DNA from: Alphaproteobacteria bacterium
GTDB taxonomy: Bacteria > Pseudomonadota > Alphaproteobacteria > Rs-D84
Assembly: GCA_015062485.1 (NCBI GenBank)
Contig: SUUO01000001.1
Coordinates: 82,101-146,100 of the forward strand
DNA length: 64,000 nucleotides
Direction of reading: 5' to 3'
The position numbers were made by a program, and so were the translations under genes. A model generated the notes under the pieces. The model saw only the letters and a program-made list of their open reading frames with translations. It was not told the DNA's origin and did no database searches. Shown piece by piece: positions 39,591-49,726 of this stretch; positions within the stretch are counted from its first letter, which is position 1; each line of letters starts with the position of its first letter.

Positions 39591-40228
39591 TTATCACCGG
39601 TACGATAAATCGTATCCATTGTATGTGGTGTGCCGATATAAATCATCGTGCCCGTGGGTGACAAGATAAAATCCAGTTCACGTAACCTTTCACGCAGATT
39701 TTCACGCTTTTGCGGGGTATTCGATGTGTTTGGCACCTCTACATCATCGCAGATTATTAAATCTGCGCGCATCCCGGTGATGTTGCCGTGGATGCCCTGG
39801 CATATTACAGACGGTTCGCGTATGCCTATTGGTCGGTTGATAGTAATGTGTCCCGACGACCAATCGCGACGCGATGTGGGCAGCAAATCCGTACACCAGG
39901 GATGATTTTCCAAGATATGTCTGATATGCCCGACCATTCGCGATGCCAATGTCGTGTGCGCCGATAAAATCAATATTCGTGTGCACGGGAACAGGTACAA
40001 TGTACACGCTGCAAAAATCCCGACAACGGTCGATTTGCCCGAATGTCGAAACGCCATCAGCAGCCCCCTGTGCATATCGTCCCCAAAAACATCCACCAAA
40101 AATTCCATTATTTTGCGGTGGTGTGTGGGGGTTGTCTGCCCCAGGGTGTGGTTCCACGTATCCATAAAATTACAATAATCCGTAATCGTCGCACGTGGCG
40201 TCGTCGGCCGAATCCGTAATGTATCCAT
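39587..40228 (-). pseudogene. phage terminase large subunit, N-terminal ATPase half (split gene)
   Basis: Walker A FRHSGKST and Walker B LIICDDV; only 213 aa; complement of 35395..36291. Confidence 0.55.
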
Positions 40229-40718
40229 AGTCGTTAATAAGATTTGGTAATGCGTTATCCAGCACCGCTATTAAATTGCGATAAATCCCCAGCACACCAC
40301 CACCGGTTAGTTTATCTTGGATTAAACTGTTCGTGTATTCCAAGAAATTCACCACGTTTGTGTGCGTGTTACGCCAGGCCTCGATATCAACATCGGGTGC
40401 GTGAAGGTCTTTTAGGGCCTCGATTAAAAAATTAAAGTCCGAATTTAGATGCTCTGGGTCTATTTTTGCGGTTGGCTGATAATCTATGACGCGCGACAAT
40501 GCGACAACGCGATAGATATCAATACGTGTGTCCGCGGTGGGCGCGACATTAAACACAATGCGTCCACCATCAAAAGACACGTTTTCAACAACCGAATATT
40601 CATCAGCGGTTAAAACAACCTCGTCCTTGGCGACGCGGATATCTGCCGCCTGAAAAAACGGAAAAGCAAATTCAAATTCGGTCGTGACACCATCTGCTAT
40701 ATAAGAGATTTTATGCAT
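40170..40718 (-). CDS. phage tail-fibre N-terminal-domain-like protein
   Basis: 182 aa with weak resemblance to podovirus tail-fibre N-domain. Confidence 0.3.
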   Translation of the reverse strand: MHKISYIADGVTTEFEFAFPFFQAADIRVAKDEVVLTADEYSVVENVSFDGGRIVFNVAPTADTRIDIYRVVALSRVIDYQPTAKIDPEHLNSDFNFLIEALKDLHAPDVDIEAWRNTHTNVVNFLEYTNSLIQDKLTGGGVLGIYRNLIAVLDNALPNLINDYGYITDSADDATCDDYGLL

Positions 40719-40735
40719 AATTATCCCCCCTATTC

Positions 40736-41083
40736 CTAGCCGACTAAGTCATCAAAGCGCGACAATATTGTTTTTAATAAATTAGGTTTCTTGGCACGTG
40801 TTGATTTTAATTTTTTCAAATTCGCATTGCGTTTTTCAGTGTATGGTTTTTCGGTTTCTGATTTCAACCGCGCAAGGACCGCCCCCTGGCTTAGCCCACG
40901 CGACGACACGCCCGATGCGCCATATTTTGCACGCTGGGTCGCCAACACCTTTTTGACCAGGTTTGTTTTTTCGGCATCGTCTGCGGCCATCTGTTTCAAG
41001 ATTTCCTGACGGGCAGATTTTGCCTGTTTCTTTTCATCTTTGTAATCCAAGATTTCACTAACATCTGATACAAGTTGTCCCAT
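40736..41083 (-). CDS. hypothetical phage protein (Lys-rich)
   Basis: 115 aa. Confidence 0.3.
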   Translation of the reverse strand: MGQLVSDVSEILDYKDEKKQAKSARQEILKQMAADDAEKTNLVKKVLATQRAKYGASGVSSRGLSQGAVLARLKSETEKPYTEKRNANLKKLKSTRAKKPNLLKTILSRFDDLVG

Positions 41084-41107
41084 AGTAAATTCCTTTTGTT
41101 GTATTGA

Positions 41108-42835
41108 TTAAACGCTGTATCCGCCGGACACACAAACAGATAAAACCGTTATTGGCTGGGGCTCGTTCCCGTGTATGGTCCAATATGGCGACAAGCACGA
41201 TTGGCACCCACCCAGCAAACTTACAGATACATCCCCGGAATAGCCCGGATGATTTTCTGAATAAATTTCATTTGGCAATGTGGCACGCGCGCCATTTATA
41301 AATACTGATTTAGTATTCAGCAGGCGCAGTGACACCCGGCGAATGCGCAAACGCGACACATTGTGATGCGACACACGAAACGGCAAAGACGCCGCCCGGT
41401 ATGCAAAATCATATTTATCTGCATCTTGCATCACAGAATCTGAAAAACATTCAATGTTATACGCATCATCACGCAGCGATACGACATATGTTTTCCCGTC
41501 TACAACCGTTACAGATATAAATTTGCCATATGTTTTGTATTCGGCCCACGCCGATATCCCCAATGCCCCATTCTGGTTCAAGACAGCCATATTACCGTCT
41601 GATTGGACCACGAATAATTGCCGGGTGGCATCGTTGTACGCCATATCCACCGGTGATGTCATTAAATGCTTGGCAAAAGCACACAAATCAGTTGCGTTAT
41701 AATTTTCACCCAAAGCATCCAATGATAATTCGCGAATATCACGCATTGTCTTGGACACGAATATGGTTGCACCCTCTATCTTCTGGGGTGGTAAATATCG
41801 CGATGCACAAGATCCGACGGATGTGTGTTGCTTAATATCAATGACCGATGGCGTTAATGGTTTACTGGAAATCGCCCATTCGCCATCTGTGGTCAGAATT
41901 TGAAGATTATCGCCACTGACCACGGTACAAATTTGTTGTCGCTGCTGGGACAGCAGGGTTATAAAAATGGCTTCATCATCCAGACCGGTGCCAATGTTAA
42001 AGTTTTTATGTTGACCAACACGGGACATCCATACGCCCGCCGGATAGGAACGCGAACCACCGAAAACCAATCGATCTTGGTGAAATGTTATACTGCACGG
42101 CCAGCCACGCGGGGTACTGAACGCGGATTCAAACCAGTCGCTTACCGGCGCACCGGGCGCGGTGTAAGTACCGTTGACATATGCGATAACCTCGGTTGGA
42201 CTGATGTATTCATCAATTATCCACTGACGGTCCAACAACATAAAGCGCGTTCGCACATATTCAGGTGTCCAGAAATCTGAACTGGTCGTGAATTTAGCAT
42301 AGTTGTTGCCGCGGTCACTGGTGCTGACTGAAATTTTTATATCAGACGTATCTTCGAACCGCATAAATGGAATATTCATTGACATATCATCGTCATTGCG
42401 CGCAAATATAAAGTCAACCAATTCAAAGCCCGTTTCGGTTTTTTTCAAAATTTGCGGACGATAATCTGGGTGCACAAATATCATTGTGTCAAAACGCTGG
42501 GCGTATTGCAGGCGCGATAAATCGTCCGCCCCCCAGGGTGCAAACAAATCACCCATCATTTGCGTACCAGAATAAATAATTATATGCCCCGATGTTATTG
42601 CCAGGACATAGTTTTCTGTTTCCGATACAGAAAATGGCACCAGGCGCGCAACACCTGGCAATTCCGCAATATGCGTCAAACCGCGCCGACGTGTCAGACC
42701 GCCCCCCGGCAAAACATCCATATTTTCAAGGCACGACAATCCGTTAATATCATCACGCGTAAAAAACTCAGATGACACCACACCGTGGGCAAAAGAATTC
42801 TGTGTTTTAATAAAATTTGCCATTTTGCCCCCCAT
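41108..42835 (-). CDS. phage structural protein (tail tubular/adaptor-like)
   Basis: 575 aa in T7-like late-gene order between capsid-like and tail-fibre-like genes. Confidence 0.4.
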   Translation of the reverse strand: MGGKMANFIKTQNSFAHGVVSSEFFTRDDINGLSCLENMDVLPGGGLTRRRGLTHIAELPGVARLVPFSVSETENYVLAITSGHIIIYSGTQMMGDLFAPWGADDLSRLQYAQRFDTMIFVHPDYRPQILKKTETGFELVDFIFARNDDDMSMNIPFMRFEDTSDIKISVSTSDRGNNYAKFTTSSDFWTPEYVRTRFMLLDRQWIIDEYISPTEVIAYVNGTYTAPGAPVSDWFESAFSTPRGWPCSITFHQDRLVFGGSRSYPAGVWMSRVGQHKNFNIGTGLDDEAIFITLLSQQRQQICTVVSGDNLQILTTDGEWAISSKPLTPSVIDIKQHTSVGSCASRYLPPQKIEGATIFVSKTMRDIRELSLDALGENYNATDLCAFAKHLMTSPVDMAYNDATRQLFVVQSDGNMAVLNQNGALGISAWAEYKTYGKFISVTVVDGKTYVVSLRDDAYNIECFSDSVMQDADKYDFAYRAASLPFRVSHHNVSRLRIRRVSLRLLNTKSVFINGARATLPNEIYSENHPGYSGDVSVSLLGGCQSCLSPYWTIHGNEPQPITVLSVCVSGGYSV

Positions 42836-43440
42836 TAAAATCGTGCATTTATTAACGAAAAATTGTCTATTTTTGCACCGGGTGCGGTTGTGCTGTCGAT
42901 GAATTTTGCTGACTGTAATTCTGATTCATAAAGTGCCGCCAGCATTCTGAACACGGTCTGGTCACCAGAAAGCGGGATACAAAATTCCATCGCCAATTTT
43001 GTCGCCACCAATGACACAAAATAGCCCGGAAACATATCAACCCCAACACGTGTACAGGCCGTTATTGTCAGGTTATCTGTTGGTGCAACAATCTTGTTGC
43101 CAACAATATCACCGCCCGATTTCAGTACCCGTAAAACGTCTGATGGAATCAAGAAATCACCATCTGAATTTTTGGTCAATGTTAATTGACGGGTTGCAAA
43201 ACGCCACGGATGCGACGCAATCAATGCATCTGTTATTGGATCAAATAATGTTCGTGCCAACTGTGCGGTGGCGGTATCGTCACTGAAAGACTGAATTGGT
43301 TGTTCCCCCAGTTTTAATAGTGCCATTGAACATAAATCTATTTTTGTAAGCATAATTGCCCCCACTGTTGTTAATAAAAAATATTGGTGGTGCAAAATTG
43401 CACCACCATTTGACGATAATAAATAATTATGCCAATGCAC
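42835..43440 (-). CDS. hypothetical phage protein
   Basis: 201-aa ORF abutting the downstream gene. Confidence 0.3.
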   Translation of the reverse strand: MHWHNYLLSSNGGAILHHQYFLLTTVGAIMLTKIDLCSMALLKLGEQPIQSFSDDTATAQLARTLFDPITDALIASHPWRFATRQLTLTKNSDGDFLIPSDVLRVLKSGGDIVGNKIVAPTDNLTITACTRVGVDMFPGYFVSLVATKLAMEFCIPLSGDQTVFRMLAALYESELQSAKFIDSTTAPGAKIDNFSLINARF

Positions 43441-43660
43441 CGGTTGTGACGTTGCTGGCCGTGATGTTTATTTTCTTGATTGCGGTGTTATCAGATGCGT
43501 TGATAATTACAACATCACCAATATTCATCAATGTTTTAACATCATTAAAAAAGCCGGTCGCAGAAATCGTCGCAATGGTTTCTGTTGCAGATGCATAATG
43601 CCACAATGTAAATCCATTTGCATACGCAATCACCGACAGATTTTTATTTTGAAATGCCAT
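43427..43660 (-). CDS. small hypothetical phage protein
   Basis: 77 aa. Confidence 0.25.
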   Translation of the reverse strand: MAFQNKNLSVIAYANGFTLWHYASATETIATISATGFFNDVKTLMNIGDVVIINASDNTAIKKINITASNVTTGALA

Positions 43661-43698
43661 AAGATTTATCCTTTGGTTAAAGTGGTTGTTTTTTACAC

Positions 43699-44526
43699 CT
43701 AGGCAGCGGGCGCATCAGAACATTTGACACGAACGATACCGTCATTGTCGATTAAAACGGCACCCTGGGACATACTGTTGCTGATGAAATGCGCCGCACG
43801 TTCACCGTGCCAAGAAATGTCTGTTTTTACTTCCTGGCCACAGGCGTGCCCAACGCTGGACGCGTGATAGATAAAGCAATCTCGGTTCGTTTGGGATACC
43901 GGCAATGCGTTATGCAGAACCCATGTAATACCCAACCATTTTTTTGCCTCAAAACCATTTACCAATGGGTTTGCATCGCCAACATAATCGGCCGATACAA
44001 ATTCATCCATCGACAACAGTTCATTCCACTGGTGTACGCCAATAACCGCAAAGCGACGACCATCGTCTGGGACATCGTTTGTGTTTAAAATTTCAACCGC
44101 TGATAAAATCAAATCTTTGGTCAAGCCGGTTGTATAATCACCAACAGACAATGTTGATGTGTTCATTGCATCGATAATCAATTCGTCTGTCTTGCGCCCC
44201 AGAGCATACGCACCAGCAGACGCAACAACACGGCGTTCATCAATATTTACCTTTAATTCATCCAATGCATCAACCCAATCACCCGCATAGTAATCAGTTA
44301 ACATACATTCCACAGGTTCGTGGTTCAAATTCATTACCGGTACAATACCGTGACGTGATTTTGTGCTGGCGGTGCCACGACCAACCTTTTGGAATGTGGT
44401 AGATGCGCCAACAACACCTGATTTGCTGCGAACGGTTGAACGCAGTTTTGTGCCCATCTGTTGATAGGCTAAATGAACATCGGCCTCGAATTGCTTTACG
44501 AAGACCTGATCAATTGAAACGGACAT
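43699..44526 (-). CDS. putative phage major capsid protein
   Basis: 275 aa; position after scaffold-like gene. Confidence 0.35.
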   Translation of the reverse strand: MSVSIDQVFVKQFEADVHLAYQQMGTKLRSTVRSKSGVVGASTTFQKVGRGTASTKSRHGIVPVMNLNHEPVECMLTDYYAGDWVDALDELKVNIDERRVVASAGAYALGRKTDELIIDAMNTSTLSVGDYTTGLTKDLILSAVEILNTNDVPDDGRRFAVIGVHQWNELLSMDEFVSADYVGDANPLVNGFEAKKWLGITWVLHNALPVSQTNRDCFIYHASSVGHACGQEVKTDISWHGERAAHFISNSMSQGAVLIDNDGIVRVKCSDAPAA

Positions 44527-44744
44527 ATTTATTTCCTTTGTTTGGTTAAATGAAAGATGCGCAATTTGCGCGACAATTTTATGAAACGGTTATGCAATAA
44601 ATGCGCCGTGAACATAAAATAAATGCGGGGTGGCAAGACTTGTCCGCAATAAAAAATTCAGTCAGACTGTATATTTCATCTGACTGAAATTTTCAAAAGA
44701 AAAACCCGAACGATTGTTCGGGTTAATAGTGTAAAGAAATTATA

Positions 44745-45218
44745 TTATTTCTTTTTTGCACATTTTTTTGCGCACGCTTTTTTTGCAACTGGTTTTGCAG
44801 CAACTTTTTTAACTGCAACTTTTTTCGCCGCTGGTTTTGCAGCAACTTTCTTCGCAGGTGCTTTTTTCGCAACCGGTTTTTTAACCGCTACTTTTTTCGC
44901 TGGTGCTTTCTTTGCAACCGGTTTTGCGGCTGGTTTCTTTGCAGGTGCTTTTTTTGCAACTGGTTTTTTAACCGCTACTTTTTTTGCAGGCGCTTTTTTC
45001 GCAACTGGCTTTTTTGCAGCAACTTTCTTTGCTGGTGCTTTCTTTGCAACCGGTTTTGCAGCAGCAACTTTTTTCGCAGGTGCTTTTTTTGCAACTGGCT
45101 TTTTTGCAGCAACTTTCTTTGCTGGCGCTTTCTTTGCAGGTTCTTTTTTTGCAACCGGTTTTGCGGCTGGTTTCACAACTGCTTTCTTTGCAGATTTTTT
45201 GAACAGGCCAAAGACCAT
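44745..45218 (-). CDS. histone H1-like Lys/Ala/Pro-rich DNA-binding protein
   Basis: KKPVAKKAPAKKVAAKKP repeats; GGAGAG RBS at internal Met; tandem 60-nt DNA repeats. Confidence 0.7.
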   Translation of the reverse strand: MVFGLFKKSAKKAVVKPAAKPVAKKEPAKKAPAKKVAAKKPVAKKAPAKKVAAAKPVAKKAPAKKVAAKKPVAKKAPAKKVAVKKPVAKKAPAKKPAAKPVAKKAPAKKVAVKKPVAKKAPAKKVAAKPAAKKVAVKKVAAKPVAKKACAKKCAKKK

Positions 45219-45327
45219 ATTTCTCTCCTTCTCTTCTATTTTTTGGATAGAACAAATTTGTTTTGTTCTTACTTGGTATTTTATATGAATATCAAAAATT
45301 AGTAAAGAAGAAAGTGAATTTTTTTTC

Positions 45328-45984
45328 TTATGAATATAATTTTTTAAAACCATTTTCTATTTTGCGTATGTATTCAGCATCACCATCACGCCAATATTTT
45401 GGATCACGCATCATACGTCGCAAATCTGAATCCGTTAAATTTTTTATTTCATTTTTTTCGGTTTCAACATTTGGTTCCATTGATTGCATCATACGATAAA
45501 TGCCTTGGATTCCCTGGGGTGAAGAGCACAGCTCATCAAATGCATCGGCGGGTAAAAACTTTTTTCCAAACGCATCAACCGCACGCAATGCATCATTCAT
45601 TTTTTCCGTTCCACCGAAAAAGTTTTTTAATTCTGCAAGTGCATTTTTTTCATTTTGCGTGTTGTATAAATCTGATATCACAGGCGCAAGAAATTCATTT
45701 GCAATATCATAAATTTTTTCAACCTGGGTTGATGTTAATCCAATTTCGTGAAATTTATTTTTTAAATTTTCATCATCAAATATTTCATTTGTTGGATATT
45801 CATCAGATGTTTCCGGCACACCAATCGCACGATTAAAACGCGCACGCACGTTTTCATCACATCCATCGGTTGGCACCGTTATCATTGTTCCAATTTTGCG
45901 TTCAAGTTCTGAATAAGATTTCATCAATGCATCTGCGTTTAATGTGCCGTCTTCGTTTAAAAATTTTTCTGGAACTTTATCCAT
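45328..45984 (-). CDS. hypothetical protein (possible phage scaffolding protein)
   Basis: 218 aa acidic/helical; position before capsid-like gene. Confidence 0.3.
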   Translation of the reverse strand: MDKVPEKFLNEDGTLNADALMKSYSELERKIGTMITVPTDGCDENVRARFNRAIGVPETSDEYPTNEIFDDENLKNKFHEIGLTSTQVEKIYDIANEFLAPVISDLYNTQNEKNALAELKNFFGGTEKMNDALRAVDAFGKKFLPADAFDELCSSPQGIQGIYRMMQSMEPNVETEKNEIKNLTDSDLRRMMRDPKYWRDGDAEYIRKIENGFKKLYS

Positions 45985-46174
45985 TTGATTTATCCTTTGG
46001 TTCATTCGATTTACGTAAAAAGAAAATTCCACCCAATGTAAAAATACTTTGCAGTGTTATGAAAATATCACTGTCTCCGACCGCATAGGCTGCAATCGCC
46101 GACAAGATTCCAACAGATGACATAATATATGTTCGATAGCCGCTTAGGAATCCGCCCTTGTAAAACTTGTTCAT
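45977..46174 (-). CDS. small membrane protein (holin-like?)
   Basis: 65 aa, two TM helices, adjacent to hydrolase gene. Confidence 0.3.
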   Translation of the reverse strand: MNKFYKGGFLSGYRTYIMSSVGILSAIAAYAVGDSDIFITLQSIFTLGGIFFLRKSNEPKDKSNG

Positions 46175-46187
46175 TTTTTATTTCCAC

Positions 46188-46598
46188 TTATAAATAAAAC
46201 AGCAATTCATCAATATCCAATATATACCCACGCGAACGTGCCCAATCTGGATTTACATCACCGTGATGAAAGCGTGTTGCCCCACGACACATATCCGGCA
46301 ATCCACCCATCAACATTCGACCAACAACCCGCAAGCACATTTGAAATCCGCGTGAAAGTGGGGGGGCCGATAACATTTCGTGACGAACGGATGTTTCATT
46401 TAACGATTCAAACATATCGGTATCAGATATTATTTGTGCGAAACTTCTGCCGCTGGCACGTGATGCATTGTTTATCATTGATACCAGTGCCTCGACCGCG
46501 GTCAGTGATGATGCGGATGTTTCCGCATAAACAACACGCGCAATTTGATATGATAACTTTTTCGTTTCGTCTGGATTTTTTATCAGTCTTAGATTCAT
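46188..46598 (-). CDS. SleB/CwlJ-type cell-wall hydrolase (phage endolysin-like)
   Basis: Hydrolase_2-like VVYAETSAS ... RFHHGDVNPDWA motifs. Confidence 0.55.
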   Translation of the reverse strand: MNLRLIKNPDETKKLSYQIARVVYAETSASSLTAVEALVSMINNASRASGRSFAQIISDTDMFESLNETSVRHEMLSAPPLSRGFQMCLRVVGRMLMGGLPDMCRGATRFHHGDVNPDWARSRGYILDIDELLFYL

Positions 46599-46786
46599 TT
46601 CTGAAAATCCCCCCATATGATTTGTGACAAATAAAAAAACCGCACAAAAATGTGCGGCTAAAAAACAGACAAAAAAAATCCCCAACAAATGTTGTGGGCA
46701 TAATTTATGTCTTTGATGGTGCAAAGTATATCATATTTTTAAATAAAAGTCAAGCACATATTTACAAAACCGCAGAAATCCGCCAC

Positions 46787-47473
46787 TTACAGCATTGTTA
46801 TTTCATCACCATACACCAATAAGTACCGTGTATCACGACGCAAAATCAATGCGCCGTTTTCATTTATTCCGATCAATTCGGCGGGCGCCCCCTGGTACAG
46901 AACATCTTTGTTTAAATGTTCAACCAACTGCATCCAACGGGCGCGTACAAGCGAAAATTCTGTGCGACGCCATTTATCCAAATTGCGCATCAACACCCCC
47001 AGCAATTCATTTGGTGACAAATCCGGGATATAATTATCCAACTTGGTCGTTTTGTATTCGCGTACCGTTGGGTTGGTCTGAATATTTATACCGATGCCCA
47101 CAATGACATAGGGGCCAGAATATTCGATTAAAATTCCACAAACCTTTTTACCATCAATCAAGATATCATTTGGCCATTTAATTGTTGGCGCAATGCCATA
47201 TGTTGCCAACGTTTCCGCCACCGCCACCGCCACCGCATACGCCAGGCGCCCATCACGCACATCGCAATCGTAAATAAAACTGACGTACAAATTACCGTGA
47301 TGTGATACCCATTTACGACGATGACGCCCCCGCCCCGCACTTTGCGCCTGGGCAACAACCGCCGTACGATTTGCACCGTGTCCGGTGGCAATTAATTCGT
47401 GCGCGGCGTCCTGGGTGCTGGGGATTTTATCAAAAGAAAATACCTTATATCCGGCCAAGTTTATACACCCCAT
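46787..47473 (-). CDS. birA: biotin--[acetyl-CoA-carboxylase] ligase
   Basis: GRGRHRRKW motif; no N-terminal HTH. Confidence 0.8.
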   Translation of the reverse strand: MGCINLAGYKVFSFDKIPSTQDAAHELIATGHGANRTAVVAQAQSAGRGRHRRKWVSHHGNLYVSFIYDCDVRDGRLAYAVAVAVAETLATYGIAPTIKWPNDILIDGKKVCGILIEYSGPYVIVGIGINIQTNPTVREYKTTKLDNYIPDLSPNELLGVLMRNLDKWRRTEFSLVRARWMQLVEHLNKDVLYQGAPAELIGINENGALILRRDTRYLLVYGDEITML

Positions 47474-47882
47474 TATTTGTAGTAATAAAATCGCGACCAA
47501 ATTTTCGGCGCAACTGATAAATCGCAGTATCCACCGTATGCGTAGATGTGTCCGCCGCATATCCCAACGCACGTTTCAAATCTGATGATGACATACCGCC
47601 ACTTTTATAAAGTGCGATTACCAATTTCCCCTGAATATACGGCAATGTTGTTGGCGTGCCAAAAATCTGGCCCAGCAAACGCGAATTATCCGTCGCCGAC
47701 AGTATTCGCGCCTTTAATTCCATTGGATGAACCGGGTCTGAGATGTCCAGATTCGCCATATCGACATCCGTTACCGTTGGCGCATCCAATACAGTGGCGT
47801 TTAATTCGGACAAAATTTGCCGCCAAATTGGATCATCTGCAAATATTCTTATTCCCGATAGCATATAGATACAATACCCCAT
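47445..47882 (-). CDS. OmpR/PhoB-type winged-helix DNA-binding protein without a canonical receiver domain
   Basis: C-terminal Trans_reg_C-like region (LKRALGYAAD..THTVDTAIYQLRRKFG..GVYKLG). Confidence 0.5.
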   Translation of the reverse strand: MGYCIYMLSGIRIFADDPIWRQILSELNATVLDAPTVTDVDMANLDISDPVHPMELKARILSATDNSRLLGQIFGTPTTLPYIQGKLVIALYKSGGMSSSDLKRALGYAADTSTHTVDTAIYQLRRKFGRDFITTNNGVYKLGRI

Positions 47883-47964
47883 AGCACCCCGATTGTCCAA
47901 CAAAAAACCACGTGCATAGTGCGCGTGGTTTTTGGGGTGTCGAAACCGTGCATAAAAAGTGTGC

Positions 47965-48213
47965 TTAGTCGCGTCCAGAATCCTGGGGCGAATCAATATA
48001 CTTGGTAAAGTCTTGGATTCGCGCCCCGGTCGACGACAAAATCTTGGAAATACTGTTTGTCGACGGCCATCTGGGCTGTCCTTCTTTGGACCAACGCTTG
48101 CTTTTATTAAAGGTTGTTGGGTCCAAACCACTGCACTTTGCCAACCCCGAACAAGACATACCGTGTTCGGTTGCAAAGCGTTCTATTGCCCGCCATACAT
48201 CTTCGTGGGTCAT
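47965..48213 (-). CDS. small HTH DNA-binding protein
   Basis: 82 aa; HTH near the N-terminus. Confidence 0.4.
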   Translation of the reverse strand: MTHEDVWRAIERFATEHGMSCSGLAKCSGLDPTTFNKSKRWSKEGQPRWPSTNSISKILSSTGARIQDFTKYIDSPQDSGRD

Positions 48214-48398
48214 TTTTCTCTCTCCTTCTTCGATATTCGCCAGAATCCATCAGAACGTTCCAGCACACCACAAATTTTATGCCCCGGCACCAATTCATAC
48301 AACAAGTACCATTTCCTAGGTTTTTAGGGATATTTCGGGCTTTTTTTAGGAATTTTTAGAAAAAAATGACAATACTAAAAATTTTTTTGACAAAACAC

Positions 48399-48427
48399 TT
48401 GACAAAAGCAAATATCTGTATTATATT
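48399..48427 (+). promoter_or_regulatory. sigma70-like promoter TTGACA-N17-TATATT
   Basis: consensus -35 (48399..48404) and -10 (48422..48427). Confidence 0.5.
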
Positions 48428-48433
48428 TCGATT

Positions 48434-48548
48434 CGTCAAAGGAAGCAAAGCCGATGACCAGGTGCGAAAGCATCTGTGGGGTCCAGGGATTCAGACTCCC
48501 TCCTACATTCTCTCTCCTCTGGACCGTGGACCCCAGAACATTTTTTTA
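48434..48548 (+). ncRNA. candidate small RNA (~115 nt)
   Basis: starts ~7 nt after the promoter; nested hairpins ending in a T7 run; no ORF. Confidence 0.35.
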
Positions 48549-48623
48549 GAATGCCCAATTTCTTTTTCTCCTTTCCTTCCTTTCGGGGCATTCGGAAATA
48601 CCGCCGGCAACGGCGGTATTTTT

Positions 48624-49586
48624 TTATTCATCACACCCCAATGTCGCACGAACATCTGGATTGGAACTTACCACACTTTTACACGCAGTTAGGCAACCAC
48701 TACTACACGCCGCATTTTGCCCACCAAAGGTACTAATAAACAAGTATTTGTCATTAACGTGGCACCAACAATTTGACCCCTGCGCAATAACTGGTTCGCC
48801 AATGGTATACGCTGCATCGGCGGTAGTACTGCTGCATACGCGTGTTATTTCTTCGCAAACGCCGACACCCGAATGCGGACAATATGTATCCATTACAAAT
48901 GTTCCGACCAAGTCCTCATACGTTCTGTATGCAACGGGAATAGAGGAAGAAGCGGGACCAATTTTACAATTCGCCAATGTGGTGCTGGGGGTCTTGGTAT
49001 TGTCGTTTAAAGAATAATAACCATTTGCCGTCCAACCACATAATTTTGTGTTGGTGTTTTGACCGTATGTATCCGGCAAGCAGGGACATTTTGTACAGTC
49101 CCCCGATGCAGACGCGGATAATGTTTTACGTTCACCATAATACTGACTATCACAAAAACAGTACGAATTAGAGCATGTAAATGTAAGAATTTCACCATCG
49201 CCCTCACCAACAGACTTAACTGTGTATGCAATCCCGGCCACAGAGTCACTTGATTTATCTTGAATTGTCAACTGGTTAGGATCGGAACACTTACAGTTAT
49301 ATATTATGTCTGTTGCCGCCTTGTTTACACAACAATACAGATATTGCGTATCCTCTATGCCAATAATATCGCACCGTGTTGCCGCGACCGCGGTACCGTA
49401 ATATGTTGAACCATACTGATTTTGACACCATGTATTACACGCCGGCGCCAGTGACGCATCTGAATTTCCGGTCAGTAGACAAGGCTGCGCCCAACCAGTA
49501 TTTGATATATATTCACCTGCAAATGCACTTGACGAAACCAATCCTAATAATATTGCCGCAAACAAACCGACTTTTGGATTCGGCAC
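48624..49586 (-). CDS. secreted Cys/Ser/Thr-rich protein (family member A2)
   Basis: paralog of 1058..2014 with identical leader and GTG start. Confidence 0.6.
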   Translation of the reverse strand: MPNPKVGLFAAILLGLVSSSAFAGEYISNTGWAQPCLLTGNSDASLAPACNTWCQNQYGSTYYGTAVAATRCDIIGIEDTQYLYCCVNKAATDIIYNCKCSDPNQLTIQDKSSDSVAGIAYTVKSVGEGDGEILTFTCSNSYCFCDSQYYGERKTLSASASGDCTKCPCLPDTYGQNTNTKLCGWTANGYYSLNDNTKTPSTTLANCKIGPASSSIPVAYRTYEDLVGTFVMDTYCPHSGVGVCEEITRVCSSTTADAAYTIGEPVIAQGSNCWCHVNDKYLFISTFGGQNAACSSGCLTACKSVVSSNPDVRATLGCDE

Positions 49587-49592
49587 AAAAAC

Positions 49593-49722
49593 GGAGGATA
49601 AAATATGCAGAAATCAGGGATTTTTAATTATGAATTTATGCCGAGGAAAAACGTCCCATTGGATTCGGCATATGTTTTTCGTCTCTATGCCACGTATTAT
49701 AACGATTTGCGCGATTTTAGGC
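49593..49722. promoter_or_regulatory. conserved 5' leader (copy 2)
   Basis: ~92% identical to 2021..2150. Confidence 0.6.
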
Positions 49723-49726
49723 AAGG

